DNA of 64,000 bases from Paragordius varius. Taxonomy: Eukaryota; Animalia; Nematomorpha. Location: positions 11,222,001-11,286,000 of the forward strand of contig OZ176053.1 of NCBI GenBank assembly GCA_964247055.1, written 5' to 3'. Below, in pieces: positions 12,001-23,706 of this stretch. Every line of letters starts with the position of its first letter. Positions within the stretch are counted from its first letter, which is position 1. The notes beneath the pieces are model-generated. The model had not been told where the DNA came from, did no database searches, and was given only the letters and a program-made list of their open reading frames with translations. The translations under genes were made by a program, and so were the position numbers.

Positions 12001-13348
12001 AAATAAAATTTTTTGTTTTTTCCTTTGAACTAAAAGAGATATTGTTGAGGACCCTAACATTAAGAAAACAGTGTTAATGTTATTTGCAATTTTTATTGTT
12101 GATATTTGCCTTAGTACGGCTATTTTAGGTAAAACATTTTACTTTTTTTTCCTAAGTTTGTATATTTAAGATTTAAGTAACTCGTTGACTTTTTGGATTT
12201 TGTTACTTTTAAAGTAATCTACTACGCTATACGTGCGATTTTCCCCGAAATAGACATTTTTATATAGCCCCTCTACCGAGCAGTCATAGTAAATTCTTGT
12301 GAATAGACCGATTGCCCTATTCTTTGACGATATTATAGGAATAATTTATACTTTCACAAGCGTTGCGGCATTCTTCAAGAGTATCAAATCTGTTGGGCGT
12401 ACCCACACATCCACCATACACAAAAGAAACGCACTTATTTTTTCGGGCATCAAAACCATATTGTGTCCTATATGCTTGGCATGGACCACGCTTTAAGGGC
12501 AGGTGACATACTAAAATATTTAATTGAATAATTGAAAATTGTATTTAACTAAAACACTAAATTTTGGGACTTTATATATTTCAGATAGATTATAACCTTT
12601 TGGTCTTGGTGCACAGATGTTAGTATGTTTGTTAAGTCTATTAGATAAAAGTTCCCGCCGATCTAGGTTATTTCCCTCATCTGTAAAATTATATTATGAT
12701 TTTATTGAAAAATAAAGAAAATTATTGGTTTTACCTCTACGGGTACTCCATTTATAGCTATTTTCATCTTCATTCCATAGTCTATCTTGTAAATTTTGTG
12801 AAGCTCGCTTTTGACTATGTTCTGAACAATAAACATCTTTTTAAGAACAAGTTATTAATTCACCAAAAATATTTTATTGTCACAATTATCATATTTTTTG
12901 GTAAGACTAGTGCTTATTACTAACTTAGGGCATATCTTCGATAAATTTAGACAAAATATGTGTTTTATGAAAAAATCTTTCTTAAAAGCTTTTCAAATAT
13001 ATTATGAGATTAAATGCTTGATTGGTTTAGATTTGATAGACGCCCCCTAAGTGAGCGCAAAATAACTAATATGGGAAATAAAAAACCTTATTATTGATAA
13101 CCTATGCTCAGTGTTTGGATTTTACGGTAAGAAAAATATAATTCAAACAAACAAATCAATTAGTGTCTTAGATGAATTATAAACCTCTATATTAAGCATA
13201 AATCAAGCATATGTTAAGATTTTAATATATCTTTTTCGTTAAAAAACCTTTATAAATAATCATGTAATGAAATATTTTTACTTGTAGAGATCGCAATTCC
13301 AACAAAACAAAGCAAGGGTAAGATTATAAGCGGCTTAACGTTAGCCAT
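1..13348 (-). CDS. Multi-exon large lipid transfer protein (apolipophorin/vitellogenin-like, Vitellogenin_N plus DUF1943-like region) with N-terminal signal peptide and two Kunitz domains; 3' end lies beyond position 1
   Basis: Manually spliced GT-AG exons, all in frame: 13348-13282 (MANVKPLIILPLLCFVGIAIST), 12680-12597, 12510-12352 (Kunitz), 11483-11457, 10047-9899, 9647-9455 (Kunitz), 8941-8879 (QSKRRRKRSY), 8676-8498 (FGYKNNFIYQYKYDANIDT..VLDQCKYQLW), 8428-8340, 8204-8045 (FNFDDGKIGKVC..NIKKGILNLF), 7917-7762 (EDTTGRCQTVY). Later exons overlap the ORF-track fragments at 7195, 6143, 5466, 5186, 4771 (LKSLGNLG upstream; VAAVESLRKMPC), 4511, 3935, 3620, 3292, 3055 and 2463, and an open frame continues to base 1. 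NIKKGIL, E.D..G.C.T.Y and LK.LGN.G are hallmark LLT motifs. Confidence 0.9.
5853..5972. repeat. Intronic tandem duplication, about 62 bp x2
   Basis: ctttacattaatatagttaggcatttaaaatttaattaaaaaaa(a)taatatttattatttt starts at 5853 and again at 5915. Confidence 0.9.
7705..7733. repeat. (AT)n microsatellite (representative)
   Basis: Pure AT run; similar runs near 9036, 11301, 17905, 23671, 26948, 32238, 47797, 54293 and 63968. Confidence 0.9.
8879..8941 (-). CDS. Linker exon with tetrabasic furin-type site between Kunitz region and LLT domain
   Basis: tag|GA CAA TCT AAA AGA AGA CGA AAG AGA TCA.. = GQSKRRRKRSYDTDRANNLQQ; phase 1-1; matches the R-X-K/R-R consensus. Confidence 0.82.
9455..9647 (-). 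CDS. Kunitz/BPTI domain exon 2 of the LLTP gene
   Basis: SLKKRQLPDICHLPPYSGPCEAYMPRYYYDPMAKDCKQFIYGGCHSNGNNFITKAECLQTCAPY; cag acceptor at 9650-9648, gt donor at 9454; phase 0-1. Confidence 0.95.
10326..10835. mobile_element. Non-autonomous hAT-like element (MITE) with 12-bp TIR and 8-bp TSD in an intron of the Kunitz-LLTP gene
   Basis: TIR tagaggcgtagc (10326) / gctacgcctcta (ends 10835); flanking direct repeat cgaccaca at 10318-10325 and 10836-10843. An 8-bp TSD is typical of hAT elements. A related end (cagaggcatagctgggg) occurs near 25876. Confidence 0.85.
12352..12510 (-). CDS. Kunitz/BPTI domain exon 1 of the LLTP gene (not in the ORF track)
   Basis: tag|TA TGT CAC..: VCHLPLKRGPCQAYRTQYGFDARKNKCVSFVYGGCVGTPNRFDTLEECRNACE; six Cys in Kunitz spacing, F.YGGC and N.F motifs; phase 1-1. 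Confidence 0.93.
13282..13348 (-). CDS. First coding exon (signal peptide) of the Kunitz-LLTP gene
   Basis: ATG at 13348; MANVKPLIILPLLCFVGIAIST has a basic N-terminus and hydrophobic core; phase-1 donor gtaaaa at 13281. Confidence 0.8.
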
Positions 13349-16300
13349 AACCTCACCACAAGTTTATGCCACGAGATAGTATATGGAAAAGGTTAGATAT
13401 AAAAGTGATTAAAATAAATATTTTGATATATATATAATCGATTTATTTAAAATTTGTAATAATCAATATAAAATAAAAATATATGTATATGTTAGGAAAC
13501 AGGATTTTTTTGCTTTATATACTATTGTTCCGAATGAATCTTTAGATATTTTGAAGAAAGGCTATTGTACTTTAGTAATTTATTAAAAATGTTGCTATCA
13601 AGCTTTTAAATCAAAATTAATGAGAAATATTATGTTTCTATCTACTCAAAAAAATTAATCGAGCTTTAAAAGTGTGTATTCATTATAACTTGAAATATAA
13701 ACAGTTACTTATTTTAATAATTTATCATTTTTTTTTAAATTTTGACCAGTCATTATTTTAGGATCTGCAAGTAAAGAACATAATAAATGGTTTCTGCACG
13801 TCAAATTATGAAAAATGTTGGAATACGGTTTTCCTTTCGTTAAATAAAGTGAATTGATAAGGCAAAGCAACATCCTACCATATTGGTTTTAACCTTTTTT
13901 TTCTATTTCAAAATTACCTATTAAATTTTTAAACAATGTATGTTTTTAAATGATAAATTATACCAACTTCTTTTAATTTAGGGTTATATTTAAAAAAAAT
14001 TTATTGCTACTTAACTTTGATCAAAACACCTATTTGTTATTTGGCAGTTAAAGGGTTTTAAAGCATAAGAGAGTCGGAATCTACATAATTTTAAAAATGG
14101 AAAAAATTTGAATGCGTTTTCTATCGCTCAAATAAATATATAAAACCCTAAGAAAACATTTAATATGTCTGTTTTAATATAAGGACAATTATAAACTAAA
14201 TTTAAATAATTGCAAATAACTTTTTTGGATAATCTGTAAGATTTAAATATAAAAATGTGTATAATAAAACTTATTTACATACCATGAAATTTTTAATCAT
14301 GATGGAAACATTATATTAACTTATATCAGAATAATTTAAAAAAAATCTTTAACCCTCTGCTGAACTACGACTCTACGGGTTATTGCTGAAACTATTGACA
14401 TTGTCCGTTTGACATTTACCCTCTTTCATATAAAGCATTTATACAAGAGACTGTGCCATTAAAAATATTTTAACAACAACAATTTCGAAGCTGTTTAGTG
14501 AATTTAATAAGTTCTTGATTTTATAAACTGCTAGATAAAAATTAACTATTGGGCCTGCTATTATAAGTTTGTTACCGGTTAAAACTAAACTTGATTATAT
14601 ATATTTTCACAAAGCACGAAATCAGAACGGAACTAAATATTCTGATAGATAAATGTATAAAATATTAGTGTTTTTAATTTTGGGCCTTACAACGTTTGTA
14701 ATAATTAAAAATTTTTAGATTCGTGTTCATTATGTTATATAAAATTTTTTGGGTGGGAGCTAGATCTTTCATTTTAAAAAATATTATCATGTATAAAAAT
14801 TACATAAAAAACTATTATAAATATATATTTAGATGTGATCCCAAAAAGTGTCAAATATCGATTAACGGGCTCGTTTCATATGATAAAGTAAAAATGATGA
14901 AAATGCACAGAAAACTTTAAATAAAAAGATATCATTAAAAAAATAAAAATTTAGCAAAATTTTGCTGCCTTTTTTAAGTATTTAAATAATAGGGCAATCT
15001 TAGACACTTTTAGATATTGTTTAAAACATCTATGATATGATTAATAAGGATTAAATACCCGATAACTTTAGTAAAAAGAAACATTAGCTTCCTAATCTGA
15101 GTTTTTTTAAATATACAACTCATGATTAATATAAATTTGAAGAGTCCCTACAAAAATTCTGAGATACACTTCTTAGCAGCTTTGAATATATTAAAAGAGT
15201 ATCCCTCTATACATTAATAAGTTTTAAATCTCCGCGCAATTAAATAATAAGCTTTAATATATTAAAATTAATTTTTTTAAGGTGAAATTTAAGTAATTTT
15301 TTTGTTGTCATCAATATATATTAAACATTTTATCGGTTGTTTGGATTTTAAATTAGAAGCTCACATCTAGGATTTTTTTTCTATTTTTGGTTTTATATTA
15401 ATATATTCAATTATATTTTTGATAAAAGTTTTATTTACCCTAAAAAATTTAATAAGCTTGTGCACTATTTTGCGATTATAAAGCAGTTGGCACTATAACC
15501 TTTTAAAATGACTCGTAAGTCCTTAAAAACAAAAACCCCATTCTGATATATTTATTGGAAGCTATAAAATTCCAAGAAAATTTTTTGAGTGCATTTATGC
15601 AGTTATTTACGTAAAGAAAATACCAAAAAATACTTTTATAGTAATAATATATCTTAGCGTCGAAATTTATGGTAAATGTATTTTTTTATAACTTTATCCA
15701 AATAAATTTTTGGAGTATCACATATATGGAAAATACTCATTGAATTTGAGCAGTAAGCTGTTTTGAAATTTTTTTTATCATTATCTATAAATCAAAATGG
15801 CAAAAAGTTGGCTATTCGCAAAAATGTGCTTTATGAAGGTTTTTAAATGGAAAATTTAACTTAAGTATCAATTGTTTTTAAAACGTTTGGTTTACACTCT
15901 GAAACCTTTTGAATAAGAACATGTGATTAACCCGCTTGTTACCTGAGATGGATAAAAGTAATATGAAAAAAGTTTTGGTTTGTTTTTTTTCTCCGTCGCT
16001 GACAAACACTTTACTTTTGTAAAACAGCATATAAATTATATTACTATTATTTATTGATTTGCAAAGTTTGGCTCATAAATAATTTTATAACGATTTTATT
16101 AAAACAACCGACCGCATCAGTTATTTATATTATTTTACTTTGTGCAAGGTCGCACTCATATATTTTCTGATTCTGAAGCTGGTGAATTTGCGCTATATAA
16201 GTTGCCACAACTTTATTTATGAGTCTAAATTTGCCACACTATGTAGGGTTACAATAAACAAAACTAATTTATTATACGGGATTTTTTGAATTGTATTAGA

Positions 16301-17903
16301 CTTTTTAAATATAATACCATTATTAATGACTGATTTTTTACAAGCGGTTGCGGTCATAATGTATTTATCATGATCTCATTGAGAATTGGCATCATTTAAA
16401 AATAAAACACCCTAAAAATCTGATCATTATATAATTTCAACAAAACTTTATAAAATATGGAAAACGTTATTTAGTTAATTGCTAAATAAGGAACATAAAA
16501 TAATTTAAAAAAGTGTTTCATATATAAAAGTGTCTTGTGCACGTTTTTAACTTTCGATACGATAGAATAATATCATCTTACCAAATATGCAGTTTAAAGT
16601 AAACCTATAATATTGGTTTGATTATTTTGTTTGTGAAATGAGAGATTAGAAAATTAAAATTTTTGGATTGGCTCAAATTTGTTTTTAAAAAATGACAAAA
16701 CGTCAATTTTAGATTTGTCTTTAATAAACGTTAAAGTGCTGTAATCAATCATGTTTTTTCTAAAAAATATTTCTTACAGAATTAAGCCACCATTTAAAAA
16801 AGTAATACTTTTACTACTCCTTTTAATGTAACGATATAACACCATTTTCTCCTTTGCGTCAAGCTTGGTAGTTTCCCGTATCTTTTTATGAGGCTATCTA
16901 GTTTTGTCATTTTCATAACCAAAATATAATTTATAGACGTGCGTTTAAAAGGATTAAAGCTGTAAAATCGAACTATGTGATTCAATCATCTTTTTGATTA
17001 GGAAGTTATATTATTTTTAATAATAACAATTAAAAATATATATTTTGACGCAGCAAAAGTTTTGATTTTTCCCTATATCCTGATTGAATAAAAGTTAGGT
17101 TAAATTAATTATGAAAGATTATTTCATAAATTAATCAAGGATTTAAGTTATAAAATTCTTTTGTCAATGATGAAAAACATATTTAAACGCTATATATTGG
17201 GTTATATTAATATGATAGTTTGTGTAATAGTCACACTCCACCTTTTTTAAATATAAAATTGATTTTTTGATTTAACAGCAAGACGGAATTTTTTTATTAA
17301 CACTATACAAGTATTTTACTAAAATAAACATTTATCCTATAATAATAATTGTAGGTTGGGTTTGTGATCGATCAAAATATAATAACCTGGCTCTTTAAAC
17401 AGTCATCGATACCACAAATGTAAAATACTAAACCCCTTCAATTTTGTATTAATGGAATCATATATATAAATATTAAGAAAAATTTAAACTTCATGAAATT
17501 CAGAAAATGTTAGCTTTAAAGATTAGATTGTTCCAGTCACGGTGATGAAAACATATGCAGCTTCATACAAGTCTCTAATTACGTTGTATTATAAATTTAC
17601 ATCGGTTACAGTCAAGTTATAAACGATCATCTCATACTAAGTTTAAAAAATATTATTAACAATAACATTTCAAGAAGTTATATAAAAATTAATAAGACAG
17701 ACATATTAATGGCTCAGTCATCATTTCCATAAAAATGACATATTTCATAATAATATTGACATTTATAAAGATTGTCTAGCATAAGTCGCTTGGAACACCC
17801 GATATTTGGTTATTGAAAGAGTCTACTAAAAAAATTATTTATAACAATTTGTGTTCTATTATAATTTAAACTATGATTTGGTTATCTTACAATTTTATAC
17901 AAC

Positions 17904-17949
<46 letters not shown>

Positions 17950-18517
17950 CGCTAGAGATTTTGTGGGAAAAGCTAACATTTCCAAAACGACTGAGTTCAT
18001 TTATGATATGAGTACAGAAATTATGATAAACTTGTGTTTGGTTCATATGTAAAATATAAATGTGTAGGAACAGATTAATCTAAAAATATTTGCACCCTAA
18101 CATACGAGTGTGCGAAAATGTTATGATGCGAGTTTTTTCGAAATTAAATTTAATTATTTCCCTTAACGAAGACAGTTATTTATACAGTTAAAACAATGTT
18201 ATTAATCATTTTTTGAGGAATTATAAACTATGAAATACATATTTTTATAATTGATAGCTAGATTTTTAATTTCACATGTGTTATGTTAAATAAAAAATTA
18301 GTTTGAATGAAATATCAATTATATCAAGATGAATGGAAAAAATGATTTATGCAATATATAAAAATGGAAAAAGAGGAGGAGTCAAAAACCTTTTTTATGA
18401 CTATATAAATATTGAAAAAATTTGTTAAAATTATAATTCATTTTGTCGGCCAATTCTTTTCTCTTCTTTAATCAAAAGTATATAAATTTTATTTTTTTGC
18501 ACACCAAAGCCTCAGAA

Positions 18518-21500
18518 ATGTTAAGAGTGTGTTTGGTTGGACTCCTTATTGCATTTGTTGCAGGTTTCATTATATTTCATTGTAATGCGTAGCCAGTCCA
18601 AGTGTACAAAAACGATCTCAATTATCTTTCCAACGTTCCCAAGATCAATCTCAGCTAAATTGGGCAAAGGATCAGGCATTATCATCTAATAAAGGTAAAT
18701 TATTTAGAATAGTTTAGTATTACTAATGTACGTGGTTATTTAAAGATTTTAATCAGAGGAGAACTGGAAAAATATGCTATTTTTCGAAACATTTTTGAAC
18801 TAAAAAGCGTTTTATCAAACCGTGTATACAACCCCAAGCTCGGTTCATATTTGCTAAATTTTTCCCACTTAAAACCCTACTTTAAAAACTTATAAAATAT
18901 GATTTTTGACTATGTCGTTAGATGCCGAAAAAAATAAAACTTTGAATTTATATTGCTTATATTAATTTTATATACTAACACAAAAAAGCAAATCAAAATC
19001 ATAGAAGTATTTAGAAGTGCATTAATATTGTTAAAATTTCAGATCCTTAAGAAAACATAGGCGTGCTTAATTTTGACTTCAAAATACAGTTGATATACCC
19101 TAAAATTTTTGAAGAATTCTAAATATTTATTGCGCATTCCCAATATAAAAAAGTAAATCGAGATCATTAAATGATATGTAATGGTTAAAATTTAAATGTC
19201 TTAGTCTAGGATATTTTAGATTAATATATTTAACAGTTTAGATGTCTATATTTTATTGAATTTTATAATAAACTTATTGAACATTTTTATAATGTTTAAT
19301 TCTGGATGCAAAAAATTAACTATCCAGTTAGTAGAAACTGCTGTCCTGCACAAATGAGTGTTGTGGGAAAGCATTATAATGTGGAATCGAATCCGGTTAT
19401 ATACCCGGATTTTTTGGCTCTATTTTCCGCCCTTGTTTAAACTTATTTTGATATTAAATTAATGCATTATTATGTTGTTTGTATAAAAGTTCATAGTATA
19501 CATTACATATGTTAAATCGAGTGAGAGTTAGGGATTTTAAAAAAATATATGTTCTAATACTTGTGTACAAAAATAACCTGAGTTTCAAACAGTTTTAAAA
19601 AAAGCAACCCAAAATGAGGAAGTTCCTGGACGGATGGAAACTGGTCTGTTTACTAAGAATTTAATATCCAACTCACCTTGCTCATTTTTTTGTTATGAGC
19701 AATTGATTATGGACGATATAGTTTATACCAGATCCTTAATTTATAAAACTGTGGCTCTCTTTAATGTTGGTAAAATATTTAAAAAAATCAACATGACTCC
19801 ATTTTAATCGGATACGAGAAAAAAATGTTAGCATATGGTAAATTTTTTAAAAAATAATATTTAAACAAAAATTTAAAATTATAATGGTCATTCCATTTTG
19901 ATAGTAAACTAGAAAAATATTTACAATTAATATTTAAAATAATTTGAATAATTTTTTTCAAAAATAAAAATATATGAAAACAATTTCTTTAGGAGGTACA
20001 ACCGAAACCGAACTAGTTTCTGTAATTTCTAAATGGAACCAGTGTGGTTCCTATTAGAATCGGGACCATGCTGGTTTCTCAAACAGAAGTCGAGCTGGTT
20101 CAGACCCAACAGAACCGGATCCTATTAAAATCTCAGAGCCGGGTTTTTGTTCAAATTTGAAGCCCTGAAATTAATTAATGGGGTGAAAATATCAATAATT
20201 ATTAAATGCAATTTGACTCATTATACTAAATCATTTATAATTCACATTACAGTTAAAGAATATTCAGATAATTATCAGCTCAATGAACAAGAAGCTGCCC
20301 ACAAAACCCAACGTAAAATATTTTAAATTCTACAAAATATCCGTAAATGTTTATGTGTAAATGGCTAATAAAAAATATTTTTAGTTGGAACCCATCCCTG
20401 CTTAGAACCAACCAAGATCGGGCCATGCTTAGCTTATATTCCAAGATATACATATAACGGAATATGGTGCACACAATTCAATTGGGGTGGTTGCCAACCA
20501 AACGGAAACAACTTTCCAACAGAAACAGAATGTAATCGTACATGTGTATGTAAGTATTTTTTAAACTTATAGATACAACTTGAATATATAATAATACCCT
20601 AACCTATAAATAAATATGATATATTTTAATACAAAGACAACGAGGATGTTTGTTCTCTTCCCACAAAAGTTGGACCATGTCGAGCTGCCATCCCAAGATA
20701 CACATATGACATAGATCTTGGAAAGTGCCGATTATTTTATTGGGGCGGATGCCAGCCTAATGGTAACAATTTTGTGTCAGCAGACGACTGCAAAAGCACA
20801 TGCGAAACGGGTATTCTTATATTTATTTTATATAAGACTGGTAACAAAATATTTATTGGATTATGTTAAAATGTTTCTTGTAAATGTGCACCCACTTAAG
20901 GCGTTTTTTTGTAGTATTTATTAAAGAATCCTATCCGTGTTAAACCAATCTAATAAATATTTAAGTTTAGTTAAATAAAACTCCTTCAAAATATTAAGGG
21001 GGTGATGTTTGTTCGTTGCCACTTAAAACTGGCCACTGCAAAGCATATTTTACACGATGGGGATTCGATACCACCAAAGGAAAATGCGTTTCGTTTATAT
21101 ATGGAGGATGTGACGCTAACAAAAACAATTTTGAAACAGAAGAAGAATGTGAATCCCAATGTGGAGGTTTTTGCATTTCGTTATAATTACGCTATGTAAT
21201 ATTGGGTTTATCGATAAGGATGAGTTCTAGAACTGGACATTGAAAATAAAAACATGTGAGCTAAATATTTTAAAATATTTGTTAATGATAGCGTAATATG
21301 ATTTGCAATAATATTGCAGAGTGGGCCTAATTTTTAGTTCGGTTGTAACTTTCATGGACTCAAATTTTAATAGTGCTGTGCTTCTATACTTAAAATAATG
21401 GTTTAAGGGCTATATAAGATGATAATTGCAAACAAAAATGCATCAAAAAGCTGATATGGATTTACTTAAGCATGAAATGTAGTTAATTTTTGAAAATTAT

Positions 21501-23674
21501 TGTTATTTGCATCCCTACCTAGGGTACTAAAAGGCGTGTCAATTTTTAAATTTTGGCTCGTATAAAAGCTAGTTTAAAATTTATCACCATGTTTATACGA
21601 GCTTTTTAAAAATATATAAAACGATTGCACAAAAAATTCAATATAATGTGGCTTAAATTTATATCATAATAGGTTTAAATTTAATTAAACTTAACAACGC
21701 TTTCTGTAAATAAATTAATATATAATTTTTCGATTGTTTTTATTGATATTAATATAATTAAAAATTTAACATTGTACTTTATTTGATAAAAATTATTAAT
21801 ATAAACACCTATTTGTACGGAAATTTTTTTTCGAATTCTAAAAGGGTATCCTAACTTTATTTAACGAAATACCAACAGATCCTGAAATTCGACTCTCTTA
21901 TATAAAAAAATAATATAAAATTTGAATAAAAACAAACCGTTGATTTAACTTAATTATATACATATTAAAATAATAATTGTAAATTTGATTCACAGATCTA
22001 ATATAGCGTCAAAAAACTCATCTTATCAATTCAATGCAATCAGATACCTATATGTAAATTTATTTAGTCAACTATATCAATGTTTTTTGTTTTGACTAGG
22101 TATTCGTTATCCAAAAATAAAAGACTTTTTTTAGGTGCATCTTTTAAGATTTATCCATTAAAAATTACTTAGATATTAATGTATTTTATAAGCTTACATA
22201 TGTATTATTGTTTTTCTCATAATGAAGAGATTAAATCAATTTACATTGTTTTAATAAAAGAAATAAACCTACCTATAGGACCATATAGCAAACACGATAA
22301 ACCTTCATCACACTATTACCAGAAAAACGCTGACGACAACGATGATGATGATAATGAAGACTCATCCCAATTTTCAAATCCACAATATGGGAATGAACAG
22401 AACGAAAATCAGAATTGGAGGTACAATCAAAACCGCTTAAGCAATAACCAAAGAAACTTGAATGAACGCAACAATGAGGAAAATGATGACGATGACCGTA
22501 ATGCTCGCCGTCTTGATTACAATGAGGATCAAAGAGGAGAAAATCGAAATTGGCAACAACAACAACAACAACGTTGGAGAAGTTCAAGCAATTCTCAGTG
22601 GCTACAAGGTTCAAACGCCAATGAAGATGAGAATGAGCCAAATGCCCCTTCGGGTTCGGAAACACGAAACCAACGATCAAAATATGAGAATGAGTATAAT
22701 GCTGATGATGATGCCCGCGAAAACGAAGATAACTTTGCAGATAATTTAGAACAAGATGAACGAGAGAATGAAAGACAGGATAGAGCAAGGCAATGGTTGT
22801 CCCCTTCAAACAATCAACAACAACCACAGCAGCAACAGCGAAACCAACAAAGTTGGAGAAGTCGGGCAAATGCTGCTTTTGATCCCACTGACGATGACAA
22901 TGATGACGATGACAATGATGATGACAATGACAATAAGCCTAATGCAGCAGCCAGACCGAGAGATCGATATGAACAACAAGCAGACAGTGACGATGACACC
23001 GACCAATATAATGAAAGGCAATACCCATATGCCAATAGAGATTCGGGACCAGATAGAAATCGGAACCAAGGTATATTACTTTACTATCTATCATCATATT
23101 TATATGATTATGCGTCCCAAGTTGCTTTTATGTTGGCCAATTGGCAATAAATATATGGGTAAAAACAACAAACGATTAAAATTACAACATAAAATGTTTG
23201 TTTAATTATATGAACAAAATTTTATATAATGCACTAGGGTATTACCAATTGGCCAGCATAAATTTCTAAGTGATAATTATTGAAACATGCTATATAATGT
23301 TATACGCATAATACACAGTGATTTTGGATGAAATTAAGAATATTGAGATTTTAATGGTTTAATTTTTGGGTAAATATCATAATTGAGCTGATAGAATATG
23401 TCATTATTTTAAAATTGACCAATATCAAAAAATATCCAAATCAAATCCGGCCATAATTTTTTTAGAAAAAAAACTAATTGTTTTAAAAATTGTAATTTTA
23501 CATGATTTTCTATTGATGAGTTCAAAATATTTTTAATAAAATACCTTACCTTACAGAACAAAAGGGATTGCGCGATAAAAATAAATATAAACTACAAAAT
23601 CTGCTTTCAATCCAAATTTAGCAACATTTTTTAACGGAGTTTGCATTATGTCCGGTTTAAAGCGTGTTATACAT

Positions 23675-23706
<32 letters not shown>

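Noticed and set aside
12077-12128. Plus-strand ATG-MLFAIFIVDICLSTAILG with phase-1 donor, antisense inside the LLTP gene; possible alternative first exon for the four-Kunitz gene
   Set aside because: Hydrophobic I/F/L runs arise easily in AT-rich DNA, and a better signal exon exists at 18518. Unsupported without RNA data.
19330-20170. Candidate extra exons of the Kunitz gene (e.g. about 19591-19643 VLKKATQNEEVPGRMET) and aaccgaaaccg-type repeats
   Set aside because: Ambiguous: some frames hit stops and the sequence resembles degraded MITE remnants, so it was left out of the model.
22273-23205. Several long overlapping ORFs on both strands around the low-complexity exon
   Set aside because: Shadow frames of GAT/GAC/AAT/CAA triplet repeats; only the plus frame has splice sites in phase with the Kunitz exons.
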